Shown here: positions 46,101-50,314 of the stretch, in pieces
Layout of the letters: the number at the start of each line of letters is the position of its first letter
Numbering within the stretch: position 1 is the first letter of the stretch
DNA from: an uncultured Acidobacteriota bacterium
GTDB taxonomy: Bacteria; Acidobacteriota; UBA6911; RPQK01; JAPXNP01
Reading direction: 5' to 3'
Assembly: GCA_964484155.1 (NCBI GenBank)
Contig: CAZAEY010000006.1
Location: 1 to 50,314 of the forward strand
Length of the DNA stretch: 50,314 nt
Program-made: the position numbers and the translations under genes
Notes under the pieces: model-generated
The model's input: the letters and a program-made list of their open reading frames with translations, nothing else
Told to the model about the DNA's origin: nothing
The model's database searches: none

Positions 46101-48630
46101 CCTGAGGGTCGACCGTCACATACTGGAATTCGACCGATCCGCCGGGATCGACGGGACGATCGTCGCTGCGCCGCAATCCAATGTAGAAGGGATATGGATG
46201 AATCGGCACCCGCTTCGCAGTCGCAACCCCTCGGCCTCCCGCCTCCTGAACCCGCCCGGTCAATACCGCTGACAATCCCGAGGGGCTCAATACTTTCTCG
46301 GGAAGCCGCACACTGAACGCGCGCTCGCCAGCGTCGTCCAGCCGCTCTTCGGAAGCCAGCAGCTCGATAGAATCCAGATTGCGGTCCGGATTCTGGAACG
46401 TATACTCGGCGAAACCGGCCGGCCGAAACGGCGTCGTTTCCAGCCGCACGCGGCCCTCCACCTCCAGTCCGGCAGCCGGGGGCCCGAAAAGATAGCGGCC
46501 CGTGACTCGAAACGACAGATCCTCTCCGGCTCTGAACTCCTCTTGAGACGGCTGCAGATCCACGCTGATCCGGTCCGGAACGAAGTCCTCGACTTGAATC
46601 CGCCGGCGGCCGATGGCTTCGTCGGCGACCATCAGCTCCAGAACGTGCGTTCCCGTCCGAGAGGACAGCGGCAGCTCGAACGAATACTCCGCCAGCCCCA
46701 ATTCAGCCGTCTCGACCCGTACGCTCCGCTGCTCGATTCCACGCGGATCCCGGTGGCGTAGGATCAGCGGCATCGAAGGGGGGAGCTGCAAGTTGCGATT
46801 TCGAACGACCGCAACTCCGTTGACCGTCTCTCCCGGCCGGTACAGATCCCGCTCCCCATACAGATACGCTTGAAATTCGTTGGCGGCCGGCTGGGCCCCG
46901 GACACGTCCAGACCGGCCAGATTGACTGCGTGGCGATCCAGGATCAGAAAGCTGAAGTCCGCGCCCCGCCGCACCGACACCAGGTGCGGTCCCGGGTCCC
47001 GCTCTCCCGAAGGGAGATCCCGCGCCGTCCAAAACCCCTGGCCATCGGTCCGCCCGCGCGCCAGGGTCTGGTTCTGATCGCTGATGACCGTAACTTCCGC
47101 GCCGGACGAGGCGGCGAGCGTGCCAAAAGACGACACCCATACCGTCAGCTCCCGGCTGCCTCTCTTGGCGACGATCCCCAGATCGGTGATCAGCAGCCAC
47201 TTCTGCGTCCCGAGATGTCCGGCCCCGTGAAAAAGCCCGACTCGATACAGACCGGGTTCACTGCCGTCGACGTAGCGCCCCAGATCCAGTCGCGTCAAAG
47301 TCGGACGGTTCGGCTGCCCTGAGACGCGAATCGTGTCCGAGGCGATCTGATCCCCCAGCGCCCCGGAAATTGACGAATGGCGCCAGTACTCCGGAGAGTC
47401 GTACTGCCATCGGTTGAATTGCAGCAATGCGAACAGGTTGTTCTGATAGACGCGCTCGATCGTCAGTTCGAACTGGCGGACGTTGACGCTCTCGACGCCG
47501 ACGCTGCGATATCCGCTGGCGGAAAGGAACTCCCCAGGATCCTGAAACTCCACCGAAGGCTGCAGGTTGGGCAGACTGACCCGGGCCTGATGGGTTTCGC
47601 GCAAAGTGGACAAATCCCGCCCCGGCAGCCCTTCCCGCAGCGCGATCTGATAGCTCGATCCGGGCGCGAAGCCTCCGGTCAGCTGCAGCTCATTGGCGGC
47701 CGCTGAAAGAACGAAGCTCGCTTCCGGCCTCACTGTGAGGAATTCCCTGGCCCGGTCGGGGCTCACGGGAGAGGAGAAGCGTATCGTGATGCGGGATTCC
47801 GGATAGGCGGCCTGCCCGGAGACGGAGCGGACCTTGAGAACCTCGCTCGAACCGATGACGAACGTCTCCTCGAAGCGGGACCGCAGCGGCACGTTCCCTC
47901 CGGCCGGCGTCAGACCCTCGTTGACCCCGAAAACGATATCCCGCTCCTCTCGGGTCTTCCTCAGCGGAGGGGTGCGGAACCCGATCACCTGGCTCGTATA
48001 GGAGGTTTCCAGCTGAATGGGGGCGTCGGTCCCGGTCGCCGGGTCCCGATAATGAAAAAACTGGATCAGCGTAGCCGGATCGACCGGGTAATTGAAGCGG
48101 ACCTGACCCCTCAGAATAACCCGGTCCAACTCCTGTGAAGCGGGCTCCTCCTGCAGATCGATCCGATCCACGCGGAACTGGTCGGTGCGCACCGAAACCT
48201 CGGGGCGGCCCCAGAACCGCTGGCCGGGTTCGAGCAAATGCGCCGGATCGAACCGAATGGTGTAATCGGTCGCGATCGCCAGCCCCCCGCTGGGCCGGAA
48301 GCGCAGGATGCTGGCCGCCTCCCATTGCCAGTTTCCGCCCGTGAGCGGCTCCACTTCCACGGCCTCTTCGGGAAGCACCTCGCCGACCCGATCTCGCCCG
48401 ATCGGATGATCGAATAATATATCGATGTGGGTCAGCCGCTCCCGGTCGACCACCGTATCCAGAATGGACACGACCTCTTCGCCGGGCCTGGCTTCGGGAG
48501 CGATGGCGCCGACGCCGGTCTTTTCGGCTATCAGCAGGCCCGCCAGCACAACGACCGCCGTCGAAAGAATCAGAATCGAAAGATTGCGCCAATCCTTCAG
48601 CCAGGCGGATCCCACAGGGGAAGTGGACAC
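43192..48630 (-). CDS. Bacterial alpha-2-macroglobulin family protein (YfhM/ECAM type) with thioester motif, 1812 aa
   Basis: Thioester CLEQ in GFPYGCLEQTVSRAF (nt 44545-44556, Cys about 1359). Size, repeated MG-type beta-sandwich regions, and translational coupling to pbpC. N-terminal TM anchor LSILILSTAVVVLAGLLIA, with no lipobox Cys. GTG start with GAGAGG SD. Confidence 0.93.
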   Translation of the reverse strand: MSTSPVGSAWLKDWRNLSILILSTAVVVLAGLLIAEKTGVGAIAPEARPGEEVVSILDTVVDRERLTHIDILFDHPIGRDRVGEVLPEEAVEVEPLTGGNWQWEAASILRFRPSGGLAIATDYTIRFDPAHLLEPGQRFWGRPEVSVRTDQFRVDRIDLQEEPASQELDRVILRGQVRFNYPVDPATLIQFFHYRDPATGTDAPIQLETSYTSQVIGFRTPPLRKTREERDIVFGVNEGLTPAGGNVPLRSRFEETFVIGSSEVLKVRSVSGQAAYPESRITIRFSSPVSPDRAREFLTVRPEASFVLSAAANELQLTGGFAPGSSYQIALREGLPGRDLSTLRETHQARVSLPNLQPSVEFQDPGEFLSASGYRSVGVESVNVRQFELTIERVYQNNLFALLQFNRWQYDSPEYWRHSSISGALGDQIASDTIRVSGQPNRPTLTRLDLGRYVDGSEPGLYRVGLFHGAGHLGTQKWLLITDLGIVAKRGSRELTVWVSSFGTLAASSGAEVTVISDQNQTLARGRTDGQGFWTARDLPSGERDPGPHLVSVRRGADFSFLILDRHAVNLAGLDVSGAQPAANEFQAYLYGERDLYRPGETVNGVAVVRNRNLQLPPSMPLILRHRDPRGIEQRSVRVETAELGLAEYSFELPLSSRTGTHVLELMVADEAIGRRRIQVEDFVPDRISVDLQPSQEEFRAGEDLSFRVTGRYLFGPPAAGLEVEGRVRLETTPFRPAGFAEYTFQNPDRNLDSIELLASEERLDDAGERAFSVRLPEKVLSPSGLSAVLTGRVQEAGGRGVATAKRVPIHPYPFYIGLRRSDDRPVDPGGSVEFQYVTVDPQGRRIESGPLRAELYRDRWHTVLQRTPEGGYRYESNREAVLVESLAVSGGASSGSVRFAPRDYGSYRAVVEDPAGGASAQVSFYVGGWGHSPWNLQNPGRLEIETDKEEYESGEEAVVEIKAPFPGRLWLTVEREGVLDSRVVTLTDNSARVRVPIRENYLPNVYVTATLVRSASDLSAGGGGRAYGAARLRVNREARRLPLTVSAAEEIRPRTSLVIRAATAPGSRVTVAAVDEGILQLIRQATPSAFDHFYRNLALGVRTSDIFSLLLPELGPLQDQADAGGGLGLTEADVLQTGAIRREDAVSFWSGVVDSGRDGQVEVSFDIPDFQGALRIMVLAHGVDRFASLEAVVRVRDPLLLLPTFPRFLSFEERLQLPVSVRNDTGRDAEVTVRMSAQGPLKAIGESERKLSVPNGSERLLYFELQTGGVQGDAAIELTAAGNGERTQAGGRFPIRADLPLHTEAESGPLQDSETVFSAISAERFRSGTVSRRLQISSLPLLQFSEHLNRLIGFPYGCLEQTVSRAFPLIYLEDVVRAAAPEHFQDVQPAEWIEAAQRRLATMQLSNGGFSFWPSSDQLQPWASIYASHFLVEAQQAGHLVHESLYQGALSFLENEVAGSRRADVETLEQTVYALYVLARAGRPDLGSMDLIRETQFGQLRPHSRALLGAAYAAVGNADALEQMHRGLEDAEQIERQGGANLNSPIRNRAIMLMAFLDSRPGDRRVVALVDRLSRDSAQFSWTTQESGFALMALGRFFRRQAERPPFAGRLFAGDRQLASFDSGGGTFVDLPDGPLRVVMDAGYEPGSAFFALHTRGVPSDRHFRPQSSGLEIETAYLDRQGRTLALNRVVQGDLVVARIRIRSTAGPFQNIAVQQLLPAGLEVENPRLESAETLPWVQQSRISPDHLELRDDRVVYFIDLPDQRWQTIYAVLRAVSPGRFRVPPAFAEAMYDPSRIGSGPQRVMEIEARR

Positions 48631-48684
48631 GAAAAGCCTCTCGATCTCGTCCGGCGGCCAAGCGCCAGACCGTTGCCATTCGGA

Positions 48685-48713
48685 AGACTAATGAATGCGA
48701 CAAGCACAGTCAA
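48685..48713 (-). promoter_or_regulatory. Weak candidate sigma-70 promoter for the A2M-pbpC operon
   Basis: Minus strand: TTGACT (48713-48708), 17-nt spacer, TAGTCT (48690-48685). About 50 nt upstream of the GTG at 48630. Confidence 0.3.
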
Positions 48714-48789
48714 GAGCGCGGGGGCGCGCTGAGTCGGCTCCGCGCACCCGCTTTTGGCGCCCTCGCCGGCCCGGAATGCACCGCTTGAT

Positions 48790-49722
48790 TCATTCGGACT
48801 TGTTGTGGAGGCCCCGCCACCTGAACCAGAATGAGGTCCCAAATCGGTGCCAGCCCGTATATCCCAGCTCCAAAATCAAGGGCTCAATGATGGCGTGCAA
48901 TTCTTTGTCCCCCCAAACGAATGCGTTTGCTAAAAGCGGCTCTATGGAATCGCTGCCTGAAAGCAAATAGGAGGCCAGCAGATACTGTTCCGAATAAAAA
49001 CGGCCCCTCCATTCAGGCGGATAATCGTAGGGTAGGTAAATATCGTGAAGCTGGACGAGCACGCCCTCTGGAAGGTTTGGGAGTATTTCGAGAAAGAAAA
49101 CCGTCACGTCAGTGTTGGTGAAGCAGACATGCGAGCCGTCCACAAAGACAATATCTCCTGCACGAAGGGATTCGAAAACACTTTGATCCGCCTCCTCCAG
49201 CCGCTCTCTGACGACAACGTCGCAAACGTCGCTGACCTCGACTCTTGGCGAGGGATCGATCGAGACCACTCTGGTCCTGGCCTGAGAATCTGAAACGGCC
49301 CGACGCGCAAAAAGCGTGCTATAGCCGGAGCCTATTTCGACGAACACTCCAGGTTTGTGACTTGATAGGAAATAATAGAGCGCAATAGCGTCTACGCCGT
49401 AAAAGTAGCTATTCTCCCAACTCGGCTGGCTGGGATCCGGCGATTCCCGGGCAATTTCCTTCAAAAGCGATCGATACGCCGAGGCTCCTCGCAAGACTCT
49501 CTCATAGTCAGCCCTACGCCTATTCAGGATGCTCCATAGCCGGCGGTGCGGCGGCCGGCCGTATCCGTATCGAGGCGAAGGATTCAGAGGATATTCGATG
49601 GAGATTTGGCTTTGTCCGCTTGAGTTTTCCTCCCCCCGTTTCGGTCCTGTGAACAAAGCCCGGAAAAAATCGAAAACTCGAGTCATTTCAACAAGCTGCT
49701 TGGAGCCCTCGTCGACCTTCAC
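48790..49722 (-). CDS. Class I SAM-dependent methyltransferase-like protein (up to 310 aa)
   Basis: GVFVEIGSGYSTLFARRA (motif I-like), VVSIDPSP, GDIVFVDGSHV. GTG at 49722 or ATG at 49686. Confidence 0.65.
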   Translation of the reverse strand: MKVDEGSKQLVEMTRVFDFFRALFTGPKRGEENSSGQSQISIEYPLNPSPRYGYGRPPHRRLWSILNRRRADYERVLRGASAYRSLLKEIARESPDPSQPSWENSYFYGVDAIALYYFLSSHKPGVFVEIGSGYSTLFARRAVSDSQARTRVVSIDPSPRVEVSDVCDVVVRERLEEADQSVFESLRAGDIVFVDGSHVCFTNTDVTVFFLEILPNLPEGVLVQLHDIYLPYDYPPEWRGRFYSEQYLLASYLLSGSDSIEPLLANAFVWGDKELHAIIEPLILELGYTGWHRFGTSFWFRWRGLHNKSE

Positions 49723-49792
49723 CCACGCCCCTCTCCGACGACTCGAAACGGACCCTCGTGTAAAATTCGGGCTGGCCCGCTATGCCATCCTA

Positions 49793-50158
49793 TCATTCCG
49801 CCTTTCCCGGTGCCGGCAGCCCGTGCAGTCTCAGAAATGTCAGTTTGTCCCAGTAGCCGCGCTGAAACAAGATCCTGTCGTCGACTACGTGGAAAAAACC
49901 GCAGCCTCTCAAGCCGAGCGGGTCGCGCCACTCGAGAATGGCCCATTCTCCATCCTGAAAGATATTTTCAATAATGCACTCCATCTCTGCACTGGAAAAC
50001 TCTCTGGAAAACATCTCCCGAATGGCGCCGCGACCAACGACGGGCGCCTCGGCCACCTGATGGTTGGTCGCTTCCTCGCTGTAAAGCTCGGCGAGTGCAT
50101 CCGCGTCGCCGCGATTGAAGAATTCGACCCATGACCGGACAATTTGGCGGGGTTCCAT
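49793..50158 (-). CDS. SnoaL-like / NTF2-fold family protein (121 aa)
   Basis: IVRSWVEFFNRGDADALAELYSEEATNHQVAEAPVVGRGAIREMF...GEWAILEW is typical of SnoaL_2/NTF2-like proteins. AGGAGG SD upstream. Confidence 0.8.
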   Translation of the reverse strand: MEPRQIVRSWVEFFNRGDADALAELYSEEATNHQVAEAPVVGRGAIREMFSREFSSAEMECIIENIFQDGEWAILEWRDPLGLRGCGFFHVVDDRILFQRGYWDKLTFLRLHGLPAPGKAE

Positions 50159-50314
50159 TTGACCTCCTGAGTTCCACTTGGCCGGCTCCTTCAGGGCGCC
50201 GGCTTCACTCTTCCAACCCGATGCCAGGCGAGGCGTCGTAATAGTCCGTGTTCATCGATGGCCCGGCGCAGCAGGAGCCCAGCAGGGCGGGTCGATAGGG
50301 AGCGCCCCGGCTGT

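Noticed and set aside
50205-50314. Partial minus-strand ORF at the right edge (…NTDYYDASPGIGLEE-stop).
   Set aside because: Only 36 codons are visible, there is no motif, and it cannot be distinguished from a chance open frame.

Overview
High-GC (roughly 55-60% in hand-counted stretches), densely coding bacterial chromosomal window from a diderm organism. Gene content is reminiscent of Acidobacteriota-like lineages, but that is inference only. Left third (206-13507, minus strand): a complete type II secretion system operon (gspE-F-G-H-I-J-K-L-M-C-like-D). It is preceded, with almost no intergenic space, by an ECF sigma factor, a zf-HC2 anti-sigma factor and a small secreted protein of lower GC. 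Next come a 16-copy 9-bp tandem repeat, an M23 peptidase and a clear tmRNA gene (tag ANDEFALAA). The middle is mostly housekeeping: coaE, a cystathionine beta-synthase operon, a GAF-GAF-GGDEF cyclase, ligA, a yihY-family gene, thrC, hslVU, a transaldolase and a three-gene acyl-CoA carboxylase set. The right third holds two CRP-site-associated membrane proteins, an orphan B12-binding radical SAM enzyme, a DksA/TraR zinc-finger protein, YceI, and a membrane protein ending in a (GATTAC)n-encoded DY tail. It also holds a truncated BtuF-like remnant, an ABM monooxygenase, and the alpha-2-macroglobulin/PBP1C periplasmic pair. I saw no rRNA, tRNA, CRISPR array, transposase, integrase or recognisable anti-phage defence genes. 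I cannot point to a clearly novel multi-gene system. The best candidates for something undescribed are the ECF-headed T2SS operon with a probable liposecretin, the 9-bp palindrome-containing repeat array, and a 20-nt exact intergenic repeat associated with CRP-like sites. The repeat-embedded stop codon in the DY tail is a further candidate. All functional calls rest on motif recognition in the translated ORFs; no database search was run.
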